From positions 13,454,001 through 13,518,000 of the forward strand of contig OX597814.1 of NCBI GenBank assembly GCA_951406725.2: DNA of 64,000 nt. The letters are read 5' to 3'. Under the pieces are notes generated by a model, which was not told the origin of the DNA, made no database searches, and saw only the letters and a list, made by a program, of their open reading frames with translations. Position numbers and translations under genes: made by a program. Of the stretch, positions 27,149-39,811 are shown piece after piece; positions within the stretch are counted from its first letter, which is position 1; every line of letters begins with the position of its first letter. This DNA comes from Octopus vulgaris. Its lineage: Eukaryota.

Positions 27149-27205
<57 letters not shown>

Positions 27206-27206
<1 letters not shown>

Positions 27207-27432
27207 TTCTTTATTACCCACAAGGGGCTAAACATAGAGGGGAGAAACAAGGACAGACAAACGAATTAAGTCGATTACATCGACCCCAGTACGTAACTGG
27301 TACTTAATTTATCGACCCCGAAAGGATGAAAGGCAAAGTCGACCTCGGCGGAATTTGAACTCAGAACGTAACGGCAGACGAAATACGGCTACGCATTTCG
27401 CCCGGCGCGTGCTAACGGTTCTGCCAGCTCGT
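27206..27432 (-). mobile_element. SINE family C (MetaSINE-like)
   Basis: Minus strand GAGCTGGCAGAACCGTTAGC...GAGTTCAAATTCC...GCCTTTCATCCTTTCGGGGTCGATAAATTAAGTACCAG, which resembles the Meta central domain. Confidence 0.8.
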
Positions 27433-27605
27433 GACTTTGGCCATACGTGTATACACACACACACACACAGACACACACACACACACATAGGGTGTTGGGT
27501 ATGTGTGTGTGTGTCCTTGATTCTCTATATGCATGCATGTATCACTGCATGGTTCTCTGCCTGCATTGTGTTTAGTATTGGCACGTAAAAATCTATAAAT
27601 ATAAA

Positions 27606-28343
27606 GAAAATTCATAATTAATCAATATAGGGTGGCAAAAAAATTTTGTAGAATTCTTTTGCCACCAGCGGCCTAGTGGGAAAAAATTAAATAGTCATAA
27701 ACCATTTTTAAGTTCAACATCACAATCAAGGAACGGCCATAATAGGCCATTCACCCACTAGAAATAACAGCCAAAAGCTTTAACCGCAAAATAACGTCAA
27801 TTCCGTGAACCAGGAGAAAATTAAAAAAACATTTACCCTGTAATTTCTTAGACGATGCACCGTTTCATCTACTGTTTAATGGAAAACTAACCTGATTAAA
27901 TTAAATCAAGCCAATCTACCATAGGCCCTTAGATTCATCAGTAAGAAATAGCCAAGCCGGAACAGATATTTTTCACGAGGCATTATCGTTGCTACCTCGT
28001 CAATATCTGACCTAAAATTTTCAAATCGTCGCACTCGCGCCAAATTTATCGGCAGCAAATAAATATAAGCCGCCGATTCCATTACGGAATTAACCAGAAA
28101 ATTCATAATTAATCAATATAGGGTGGCAAAAAAAAATTTGTAGAATTCTTTTGCCACCAGCGGCCTAGTGGGAAAAAATTAAATAGTCATAAACCATTTT
28201 TAAGTTCAACATCACAATCAAGGAACGAGGGTAAATGTTTTTTAATTTTCTCCTGGTTTACGGAATTGACGTTATTTTGCGGTTAAAGCTTTTGGCTGTT
28301 ATTTCTAGTGGGTGAATGGCCTATTATGGCCGTTCCTTGATTA
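27606..28343. mobile_element. A-B-HHR-A-B(inverted) non-coding module
   Basis: 27606-27735 is repeated directly at 28097-28227. 27724-27839 is inverted at 28228-28343. A hammerhead lies in the unique middle. Confidence 0.8.
27843..27949 (-). ncRNA. Canonical type I hammerhead ribozyme with long stem II
   Basis: AUUUCUUA-CUGAUGA-AUCUA(...)UAGAU-GAAA-CGGugcaUCG-UC-UAAGAAAU: 8-bp stem I, perfect core and GUC cleavage triplet. Confidence 0.82.
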
Positions 28344-28832
28344 TAAATATAAAGATGCATTTATAAAACTGTTGGAAATATATTAGTAATATTCATCATG
28401 GTTTAAGTTGTGTCTATTATCTGAAATCCAATTTTACCTGTTATTTGAGTTAATTGATTGTTCAGTTAAGACATTGTAAAGATTTTCTATTTACAGAGAT
28501 AATCAATTCTGCCCAACTACGGTTATTGACTTCTGTGTTCATCTACATAATTGATGTTTACTCTACGGTAAAGATCCCATACGTAACAAAAACACGGTTC
28601 CCTCAAATGTTCGCGCTATGCTTCTTTCAATAACTTTGCAAATTTACTCCGAATATTTTCGTTGCGCTTCTGTACCCTTGACATTTAACATTTTGTATTT
28701 TTAATATTTAAATGTCTGTTATAAAACATTTATTTTTGGAAATATGATGGTAAAACATTTATCAAAAGTTTTTAATGGATATGTATGTTTTTTTTTTGTG
28801 TCTGTTTGCAATCGAAGCTCTCTTTTCACTTC

Positions 28833-29205
28833 CTCTTTTACTTTTTTCAGTAATTTGACTGCGGCCATGCTGGAGCACCACCTTTAGTCGAGCAAATCGA
28901 ACTCAGGACTTATTCTTGGTAAGCCTAGTACTTATTCTAGCTGTTTCCTTTGCCGAACCGCTAAGTAAACACACCAGCATCGGTTGTCAAGCGAAGTTGG
29001 GGGGACAAACACAGACACACAACACACACACTAACATATATACATATACATATATACGACGGGCGTCTTTCATTTTCCGTCACAAGGCTTTGGTTGGCCC
29101 GAGGCTATAGTAGAAGACACTTCTCCAAGTTGCCACGCAGTGGGACTGAATCCGGAACCATGTGGTTGGTAAGCAAGCTACTTACCACACAGCCACTCCT
29201 GCGCC
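28833..29205 (-). mobile_element. SINE family B
   Basis: Minus strand GGCGCAGGAGTGGCTGTGTGGTAAGTAGCTTGC...GGATTCAGTCCC. Confidence 0.85.
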
Positions 29206-30201
29206 CATAGATTACTTTCGTAAATGATCACATATATGACTCTATCTACATGAGTCTCAGTGTTTGTTGTGTATGCGTGTGTGATTACACTGTCTCGTGT
29301 ATCAATACATATCCACTCAACTATTGGTTGATAGTTGCGGTAGAGGAAAACTACAGCGTGGCTTCTTATTATCGAGATGGCTGTCGTGACCTTATCGTTG
29401 TTGCTAATGATGATGATCGGAGAGTGACAGAACGAGAGAGAAAGAAAGAAATTAAAGGAGGGAGGGAATAGGGGAAAAGATAATTTAGGAAACTGTCACC
29501 TTACACATCATCACGCTTATTAACAATCCTCTGTAATCATAAAGCACTGTTTTATCTCTCTTTCTCTCTCCATCATTATCAAAACGGCTGTCACCAGTGG
29601 CTCCTCAGGAACCTTCTGGTGTTATCGCTTGTCATTCATTTCCTTTCTTAATCTTTGAGTTTCTTCCCATAACGTTAACCGTATTTAAAGAAGGCAGAAA
29701 CGTGAATATTAATATATTGTTCTGTGTGCTATTAATAAACTGAACACTAATTAAGCTAATAAAACCAAAGTAGCGTGTAAAATATACAAGAAAATATGAC
29801 ACCAATTGACAGTTCGGTGTGAGAAATATGCAGTGTTTTACAACCACATCAGCTCAGTTATCATTGCTGTATCTTGAGCTATTGTTAGGTAAGCTAGATA
29901 ATCGAAGAAGCCACTATAATGAAGGGACATTTCAGCGATTAATATCCCATGCTTAATCCATAGATACAGATATACTCGAATATATGTAGCTCCTTATTTG
30001 TTTACAATTCCAAACGCGCTTCTACAAACACGCATAAAGAAATACAGAGTGAGTTGCATTCGGTATAAGAGCATACAACACCCTGTTCATGTCTGGGTAG
30101 TTACATAGATATACGTGACAGATATAGATGTGCACTCATAAAACTACACTCAATACCACACCTATATGTAATTTTACTTTTAATATTTTACCAGTTTCAT
30201 G

Positions 30202-30410
30202 AGACGGAGAGCTGGAAGAATTTAGCATGCCGGTCAAAAGGCTTAGCACTAGCACGACCGTATTCACGTTCTGGATTTAAATTCTGACGTGGCCAACTTG
30301 GCTTTCATCCTTTCGGGGTTGATAAATCAGTTGCCAGTTCATCACTGCAGGTAACGTAATAGACTTACTCCTTCCTCGAATTTGCTGGTTGTCTGCTAAA
30401 ATTTAAAATT
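30202..30410 (+). mobile_element. SINE family C (degenerate)
   Basis: GGAGAGCTGGAAGAATTTAGCATGCCGG...GCTTTCATCCTTTCGGGGTTGATAAAT. Confidence 0.65.
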
Positions 30411-31030
30411 TCTCTGTTTCGGTTTGCGATCGGAGGTCATACTGGGATACAACAGTTGATATTCTTGTAGCTTCATACCTCGTCTTTTATTCTTGACATT
30501 GCTGAATGGGAGTGTTTGACACGGCTGCCCTCATTTAGGATTCCTGAGCGAAGTTGATTCACCTAAGTCGCTTGACAGTGCAAAATCTTATTTCAATTTC
30601 AACTCACCTCCATTTACCCTAACATCAGCATCTTAATGAGGACATTGAAAATTTGAGGGACGCGGAATTCCAAGGTATTGCAAAATCTGCTCGTATGTTT
30701 TCTTCAAAGTGTGAGCTCTTTGTATCAATAAAATGGAACACTCTACTGGTGATAATAAATTTTTCAACGCCGAAGTTTTGGACCTGATATTTGAGAAAAA
30801 TCCAGATGTACATAACATCATATCTTTCCCTTCTTACACATACATACATACACACATACACACATACACAAATACATACATACATACCTAAATGCATATG
30901 TATATATATATGCATAAATATATATACATATATGTATGTATATATGTTTGTATATATATATGTATGCATGCATGTATGTATGTATATATACATATATATT
31001 TATATATATATATGAATATATATTTATGTA

Positions 31031-31068
<38 letters not shown>

Positions 31069-31080
31069 TATATAAATTTT

Positions 31081-31750
31081 ATACACGGAGTGAAGACCAC
31101 TATGTGGTCATTTTGCATGCTAGAAAGGGCAGTAAAATTTATAAATTTTATGTTCTCTAATTATGTCTATTGACATTTATTTACACATGCTAGCAACTAG
31201 GTATAAATTATTTAAAATTATTTTTATCGTTTATATAATACTTAAATAATTTATATTTTGAGGTCAGGTAATTCACTGATGAACTTATATCCACTGCTGT
31301 ATTATTCTGGCTGGGCACGATGATTGATGTAATTTGATTTGAATTGATATATAACGATGAAACTCAGTATGCAAGTGAATCGGTACGTATTCGAGTTTTA
31401 TAATTATGTGTCGCAGCAATTCTACTGAGGATCCACGGATCGTTAATTCATCAGCTGATTGATGAATTAATTGATTTATTTAATTATCAATGGTGAAATG
31501 TGGGAGTATAGAATTAACTGATACTTTAATTATTTCAAATTGCCCTGATCGCTATAAACAAGAATGATATTTCTTGATTGGGGAATTTGACTGTTCTTCG
31601 TAGCATGCAAGGAGCCAAGACAGTGGTCTTCTCTCCGTATAGAAATTTTATATATTGTAAAAATATTTCTCTCTAATGACATTTTTCTACACATGCTAGC
31701 CACTTGGTATAAATTATTATTTTTAATAAATGTTACCCTTTACATATACA
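31081..31750. mobile_element. Old inverted plus direct repeat module with decayed hammerhead (31271-31380)
   Basis: 31081-31140 is inverted at 31583-31641, and 31151-31235 is repeated directly at about 31666-31748. The middle reads AUUCA-CUGAUGA...GAAA-CU...AG-UGAAU. (TA)n flanks both sides. Confidence 0.6.
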
Positions 31751-31806
31751 TTTACTTAAATACTTACATACATACATACATACACACATAATATATATAT
31801 ATATGC

Positions 31807-31865
<59 letters not shown>

Positions 31866-31874
31866 ATCTATCTA

Positions 31875-31936
<62 letters not shown>

Positions 31937-32349
31937 GAAAAGCTTGCTCACGTGTGTTACTTAAGGGATTCTAAAAATCTCTTTGAATGCATCAGGGAAA
32001 ATGTGAATTCCTATGGTACATTTTAAGTGCTAATTCCAGTGGATAAATTGTGTGAAAGAAAGTGACATTTCAGTACCCATTCTCTTCTACATATACTTTG
32101 CCGGGATACAAACGTATGTTTGAAAGCATATGCGTATATCCTATTTAGAATCTCTAGCAAAGTATTTAATTTGAGCCGCTTCACCAAGTCAAAGATGTTT
32201 AGTATTCTTGTCAGAAAATCCCTTATGCTCATGATCCAAATTCTGTTGCTCATTCAATGCATGACAGTGGACTAGTTCTCGAATCCATACACAGTATTTG
32301 TTCTAAGTGTTATCATAAAAATAAGAAACGTTATGTATAGTCCACTAAT

Positions 32350-32990
32350 AAGGAAAGTGTATGTTGTGTCTGTCACTATCGTGGAAGGTGAAATACTCCA
32401 AGAAATGGACAACTTTGCGTAGCTTAGAAGTACATTTAGTAGAGGTGGCATCCCTGGCGCTGAAATAAATAAACAACTAAAAGGTTGGCGAAAGCTAGTA
32501 TTGCTTTCGGGTAAATCGAGTAGAGAGTCTGGTCAGATCGATGTATCATGAGAGATTAAAAAAATCACTCTATATGAAGCATGTGTCCTTATAGCCTTAC
32601 GATAGGAATGCGAAACATGGCCAAATTGCAGGATGCCCGGTGCATCCTGAACATAACATGGTCCTCTTACACAACATAATTTGCTGTATTTGAGAAAGCT
32701 CCAATGTTGCGGAAATGATAATTTAGAACCATATCCTTTGGGCTGGTCAGATCATCGGACTAAAAGATAGCAGGTTGCAAAAAGAGTAATATGACAGAGA
32801 GCTGACCAGAGGGAAGAGGCGAAAGTAGAAATTTGAAAGTAGTTTATGTACGGCATAAAAGGCAGCCTTAAATCTATGGAAACTGATATCTATAGTGCTG
32901 TTAGCCGTATGTCATGGAAAGTGAAACTATCATTTACAAGTATGGCGTCGTCGAGTTAAAGCGAATGGAATATGCTGTTTTGGAGCTTTC
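32350..32990 (+). pseudogene. RTE-clade LINE RT C-terminal relic
   Basis: EILQEMDNFA*LRSTFSRGG...KASIAFGK...KITLYEACVLIALR*ECETW matches the F.YLGS...KA..AF..L...LLYG.ETW pattern. Confidence 0.7.
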
Positions 32991-33943
32991 TCTCTGTCAG
33001 ATGGAAGTGTAATGAAAGCAGGAACACAGCAGGAATGGAGGTGTAAAGTGTAGATAATTTCTCTCTGACTTACTGGGTTTGTCATTGGTGTAATGTCAGA
33101 TGAATCAGAGAGTAGTTGAACTCTAAGAGAGATGGTTCTACTGTCACGCGCACCTTAGTAAGTTTTACTGAAAAAAGGAATAAAAGCCACATCAGTGAAC
33201 GTTACTGCAGAACGAAAGCTGAACTAAAAATCCATCTGTATGCATATGGTCGACCAATGTTCAATAAAGCCATAACACTACTCCGATAAAAAGTAGCTGT
33301 TAGCATACATACGTACAAGAATGCATGCATACAAGCTTCCACACACATACGGACACGCATAGGCACACCCGCGGACACATATATCCAAGCACAGAAGCAC
33401 ACACACATACACATACTCACAGAATAAATACAAAGTGCAATTTCAACAAATCTGATAGGAGAAAAAAATTAATTTAAATGTTACATGATTAGATTTATAA
33501 TATCACAGTGATAGCGACCTTCATACAAATTTTAGAAAAACGTGTACATGCTGCAGAAATAAACCAACATGGTATTTTACGTAAAATGTACTGAAGATGT
33601 TTGAAATGTTGTAGAGACATTTCATTCTGAGGAAAACTTGAATATCTATATAACTATAATATATAGTTTGCTGTCTCGTTCGGGTAAACTAAACAAAAAT
33701 CAGTACTCCAGTGAGCGATAAACACCATTTAGTATATACCGTATGAAGATAAGGTCTACCAATAACCTCTTGGTGTGAATACATGTGGCTAGGCAGAGTT
33801 AATAACGTGCTAAGTCCCGTGTCATCACAGCAACAAACTGTTAGTAGATCTTACGTTTATACTGTGTGCATTAAATGATAATTAACCTACACTGATATAA
33901 TGTATACTTTATGTGTGTATGCATGTATATATATATATATATA

Positions 33944-34323
33944 ATTATAACAGTGAGGGTCTTTGCAACAAGTTGCTAGACTACATACCGAAAGTATTAG
34001 AAATAGCAGCCAGAGGACTGTTATTTCTATTACTACAAAAATTAAGATTACCTAGCATTTCTTGATTCATTTATCGGAATATTATATTGATGAAGGAAAT
34101 GAATCTTTGATTCTAATCCAGAAACGTAAGCGTCCATAATTGACCGTGACTGTTTGATCTCGTTATGGTACTTCGGCTTTTTGCCATATAATGAGTTACA
34201 AATACTGTTGTCGATGGGGACATATTTTTGTAGTAAAAGAATTAACAGTCCCCTGGCTGCTATTTCTAATATTTTCGGTATGTGGTCTAGCAACTTGTTG
34301 CAAAGACCCTCATTGTTATAATT
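33944..34323. mobile_element. Inverted-arm module with central hammerhead
   Basis: 33944-34042 is the reverse complement of 34223-34323. The same arm occurs alone at about 21952-22050. Confidence 0.8.
34081..34140 (+). ncRNA. Type I hammerhead motif, slightly decayed
   Basis: AUUAUa-UUGAUGA-aGGA(aauGAAUC uuu GAUUCuaa)UCCa-GAAA-CG uaag CG-UC-cAUAAU. GUC site; C3U change and terminal stem mismatches. Confidence 0.65.
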
Positions 34324-34421
34324 AGATATAATTTTACCGAATATGGTCCTTTTCCATACTGAAAGACTATTTGGTGAAATTTGTTGATTTTATTAAATTA
34401 ATTCTATTTCATCCTTTATCT

Positions 34422-34514
<93 letters not shown>

Positions 34515-35052
34515 TATATATACATACATATATAGTTATATATATTCTGCTAAGAACGTAGCAGAGTACAGTATAAAGCGCGTCCACCTTCAGATATACT
34601 TTAAGCAATCCAATAGTAGAATTATAGTACTTCAATATTTGTGTTTGGACATTTGTCGTGTGTGAATAGGTAACTGAAAAAATGGAGTCAGCAAGAAGGA
34701 CTACGTTGGGACAATTATTTTTTAAATCGCTACAATTGTTTCCACGCAAAGTAGTTCTGTATGCGTGCAGGTACTTGATTGCACAACTGTTGCTGTGGAT
34801 TATGAGATTTAGTTGTGTTTCCTCAGATGAATGTAAATATTATCTCCGCAAGTTAAAAAACCCGGCTTCAAGAACATTCTTTGTCAGTCGTGGCTTCAGA
34901 AACAACACACCCCGAGAGAGAGGATGTTCTTGAAGCAGCAGTAACGTATTCATTCGTAGTTAAGGCTATGTACAGTCCTAGAGTGACCAGTGGTTTAGCA
35001 TCCATAAATATCTTAGCTCCATGGACGCCCCGTGAATCTAAGGTCGGGGCAT

Positions 35053-35230
35053 ATACGAGATCTGATCAATAAGTATCCGGACGGTTGTCATAGAAACAAT
35101 ATTAATGCAATCAGAGTAAAACCGCTTGGCAAATATTGACCGTGAACTCTGTTGTGCATGCGCATTAAGTTTTAATGTTCTACCTCATCTTCCGCTTTAA
35201 TGTTTTAATGTTCTACCTCATCGGAGAGGG
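35053..35230 (+). mobile_element. Possible mariner-type terminal fragment
   Basis: TA|CGAGATCTGATCAATAAGTATCCGGAC resembles mariner TIRs; no partner end was found. Confidence 0.35.
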
Positions 35231-35619
35231 CCACTATAACCTGTAGTCCCTTGTAGGATACCATTCGTTGTTTTGTGTTTCCTTGGAGGCAACCCCATTG
35301 GCCACCATTTTTAGACATTTACTGAAACCGTAGATTGCTGAAACAGTTTTACTTTGCGCGGTAAATATGTGTCGAAATTAGTTTCATCGTTCTTTGTTTA
35401 GATACGGGAAATTCCGAAACCGAAACGGCTGGTCGTTATAGTTTTGAATACATAAATTATTTTGTTGTGACTATGAATTTAGAGCAAACAATCATACAAC
35501 ATAATTAGTTACCTATTCTTTTACTATGAACTATAATAAATAGTTGAACACTAAAACCTGCAACTGGAATATCAATAATCTAATAAAGAAACGCTTCTGT
35601 TCCATTATGCATTTGTACA

Positions 35620-36428
35620 TCTATATATATATAACTCAACCTGTGTGTCTGTGTGTGTATCTGTGTGTGTGTCTGTGTGTTTAACTTCCCGGCACATCTC
35701 CTCCTAGCCAACAAATCGTCGAACCACCAAAAATGGGTCACTTAAAATTTAGGCGAATGAAAGTCGAACTGCGCTATTTCTGTTCCGAAATTCATCTCGC
35801 AAGTGCAATAATCGATAATGCGTTTGTTTAGGCCTTATCCCATGCATTAAATAGTGAACTTTACTCAGTCAGCTGTTTGACGTGAACTGTGTTCACCACG
35901 CGTGCGAGCATGCGTAAATTGCATGAAAAATAAAAAATCAAGATATACAAACGAATCGCCGAAAACATTGTAGAGATTCGGCAAAGAAATGAATTTTCGG
36001 GAGTAGCCTGGAGGGTTTTTTCGTATTAATCGTTTGGACTTTGAGAACACATGCCAACTATCTATATATATAAAGTTGAAGTTGTCTGTGTATGGCAGGT
36101 TTCGTAGCCTTCAACTAACACTATCTCCTCCGAGACCCTGCGGCGCAAGTTTACCAAAATTGAGAGTTTGATAGAAGAAGGCTTGCTCTTCTTTCCGTAG
36201 AAGAAAAAATTCAAATCGGACCAAGTTAACACCAAAAATTATTTACATCAAAAAGGTACTTTTTTTCTATGAAAATCCCTATTTTTTTACGGTTCTTTGA
36301 CTGTCGCCATTTCTCGTGTATTTCAACCAGAAAAAATGTTCACTTAAAGAGAATAACAAGCTACATAATGCAAAATTTTTACTTTTCAAAAATTCCAATT
36401 CTAAGGCAACGCCGGGTGATACTGCTAG
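35620..36428 (+). mobile_element. Non-autonomous Helitron(s)
   Basis: A|TCTATATATATAT 5-prime ends at 35620 and 36061. The 3-prime end is GGCAACGCCGGGTGATACTGCTAG|T. Insertion is between A and T. Confidence 0.75.
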
Positions 36429-36432
36429 TATA

Positions 36433-36606
36433 CTCTTTTACTCTTTTACTTGTTTCAGTCATTTGACTGCGGCCATGCTGGAGCACCGCCTTTAGTACCT
36501 ATTCTATCTGTCTGTTTTGCCGAACCGCTAAGTGACGGGGACGTAAACACACCAGCATCAGTTGTCAAGCAATGCTAGAGGGACAAACACAGACACACAA
36601 ACATAT

Positions 36607-36672
<66 letters not shown>

Positions 36673-36681
36673 TATAAATAT

Positions 36682-36744
<63 letters not shown>

Positions 36745-36893
36745 TACGACAAGCTTCTTTCAGTTTCTGTCTACCAAATCCACTCACAAGGCTTTGGTCG
36801 GCCCGAGGCTATAGCAGAAGGCACTTGCCCAAGATGGCACGCAGTGGGACTGAACCCAGAACCATGTAGCTGGTTAGCAAGCTACTTACCACA
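36433..36893 (-). mobile_element. SINE family B with expanded internal (TA)n
   Basis: Homologous to 43610-44019. Confidence 0.85.
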
Positions 36894-37132
36894 GAAAACA
36901 AATATAATAAAATATGTTATCTATGTGCTAGACATTTTGATATTTCTCCGTATATTTCAAAAAAAAAAAAAATGAAGAATGCATGAACATCTTTAATCGA
37001 AACTGAGCAGCCAAGACTAACTGAAAATTTGAATTTGATGGACAGACTGAGATAACTTAAGCTTTAAAGATATCATTTTTGGAGTTTGTGCTGCATATCT
37101 TTAATACTCATATCTCGTCTTCGCCATGTGCA

Positions 37133-37186
<54 letters not shown>

Positions 37187-37292
37187 ATCTATCTATCTAT
37201 CTATCTATCTAACCATTTATCTCTTCCCCCCTCTCTCTCTCTCTTGATATACATAGATATGAAAATATATATGTATATAAATAAACAAATAA

Positions 37293-37341
<49 letters not shown>

Positions 37342-37352
37342 TGCATACATAA

Positions 37353-37408
<56 letters not shown>

Positions 37409-37419
37409 GTATATCTATA

Positions 37420-37462
<43 letters not shown>

Positions 37463-37503
37463 GTATATATATGTATATATGTATATATGTATATATATAT
37501 ATG

Positions 37504-37592
<89 letters not shown>

Positions 37593-37788
37593 ATTGAAGT
37601 AGATAAATGAATTATCTTATTACGGATAATTCAAATGATAACCGATACCTGGGTAGCAAAAATCACAACAGAAAGAGCACGGTTGAAGTTACGACCATGG
37701 GGCATAAAATCCGTGCCTTAGTGCGGAAATTTGAAGTTTTATATATTAATTATAGGAAAGAATGGAGCTGAACGAAGATTTAACAAAA

Positions 37789-37836
<48 letters not shown>

Positions 37837-38379
37837 TAAAGAGAGAGAGGGAATGAGAGAGAGGTAGAGATAGAGAAGAATATGGAAATTTTAGATAAAA
37901 GTAATGTCGAAAACATGAATGATAAATATCCTCGATATCAAATAAAGAGTTTGTTGTCTTCAAAAGCAGATAAAATACGTATTCTTCTCGAAACTATTAC
38001 TTCTGTGTTACATATAAGTCCTTCCATAAATAGACTTTCGAATCGAATGAAGAGAAACTTGGAAAGCAATAATCTTGAGTGACAAAATATCGAATGATCG
38101 CTTAAAACGAGCGGAAATTGAGAGATGAATATCTTTAACGATCAAACTTTATTGGCTGCCTTCCTCATGCTGGGTATTTGTTATTTCTTTTAGGCTGAAG
38201 GCTGAATGAACTTGACGTATTACTCTGACAATCAACCACAAGCAGCCGAAAGAAAAGCTGAAGAATAGCGAAATATATTCCATATACGAAAGTCATTTTT
38301 ACAACTTATACACCATTTTGACATCCACACAATATATGCACACCTATTCACTTATATATAATGCTTAGTATATACATAC

Positions 38380-38453
<74 letters not shown>

Positions 38454-39811
38454 TACATGCATGCATACATGCCGTCGTACGGACATACGTGTGCATAAAT
38501 AGTTACAGTCACACCTAGACACGTGGACACGTATGAACTAAGGTATAGAATATCAGTTTCTCTTACGTGTATCTTATTCTTCCGTTCCTTTTTATTCATG
38601 CTACACAACTTTAATGACACAAACGTGTGAATTTAACCTATGATGTAACGTATACTTTTCAACGTTATCGATTTTATAGCGATATATACCAAAGGAGACA
38701 AAGTGAATCAGTTCTTGGTGCCAGCGAAAACGATTCTAAAGCAGAGAGTTGAAATCAAGAGGTATATCTCAGTTTCGTGAATACCCACTTATATAGATAT
38801 TATTTCGTTACCATCTCGTAACAAGCAATGAATGAATATGCTGAAGGAATGACAAATTAAAGAACACCTTCAATACACAATAATTTTTTTGTGTGTGTGA
38901 ATTCCTTGGAGTATGAGAAACAGCTGCGTGTAATGTGAAAATACTTCAAATATATATGAGCAGATGTTCTTCGGCGATTCTTTGATACCTATCTTTTACT
39001 TATGATAAATATTTACAATAGTCTCTTCACAAAAACTATATTAATAATTGTCGGACTCTGTAGAATGAATACGATTCTTCCTTTGATAAAATATACTTGG
39101 TGTATTGAAGAAAACATTTATGCTTCCTCTTTTTTCCGAAAGCACTAATTCGAATTTGGTATACACGAGAGAAAAAGAAAAAAGCCAATACCTAAAAGAA
39201 TCAAACATATTTAGCAAACGCAGGTTGTCAAGTGTAATGTTTACTTTAAATATTTAAATATTAATGCTTTTTATGTGGTCTTTTCAAATAAAAACTTTCT
39301 CATATAAACAAAACTGCTGCGTCTCATCTTTGACACATACATGTATACATAAATACATACATACATGCTTGCAGGCATACATGAGTTTTCACGTTTGTAA
39401 GTGAATGTTACTGCAGCTCCGAATCTACGAAGTTACCTTAGTGGATTTCGTAGACAAAGACTGTAAGACGTCAGCAGTATTTATCTTTTTATCAATCTAT
39501 CTATCTATTTATCTTTCTGCTTGTTTCTTTCTCACTGTATCTAGATATTTATCTATTTATCTATATATCTATATATCTATCTGTCTGTCACTATCTCTAT
39601 CTAACTATCTAACACACTTTATATATATTTACACATGCATGTCCGTACAAGAGCGTATTTCACTCATTATCGCATTTTATTTTATGCTTTCATTTTTTGT
39701 ATACACTAGAATGCCTACCAGTACCATTTATGTATAAGCCACAACAGAAACATGACATTGCTCTCTGTGGTTTAGCAGAACGGTGAATATTATATCATTT
39801 CATTAGGCATC

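Noticed and set aside
33998-34010. Resemblance of TAGAAATAGCA to the engineered sgRNA scaffold loop
   Set aside because: A short coincidental match with no flanking repeat/anti-repeat.
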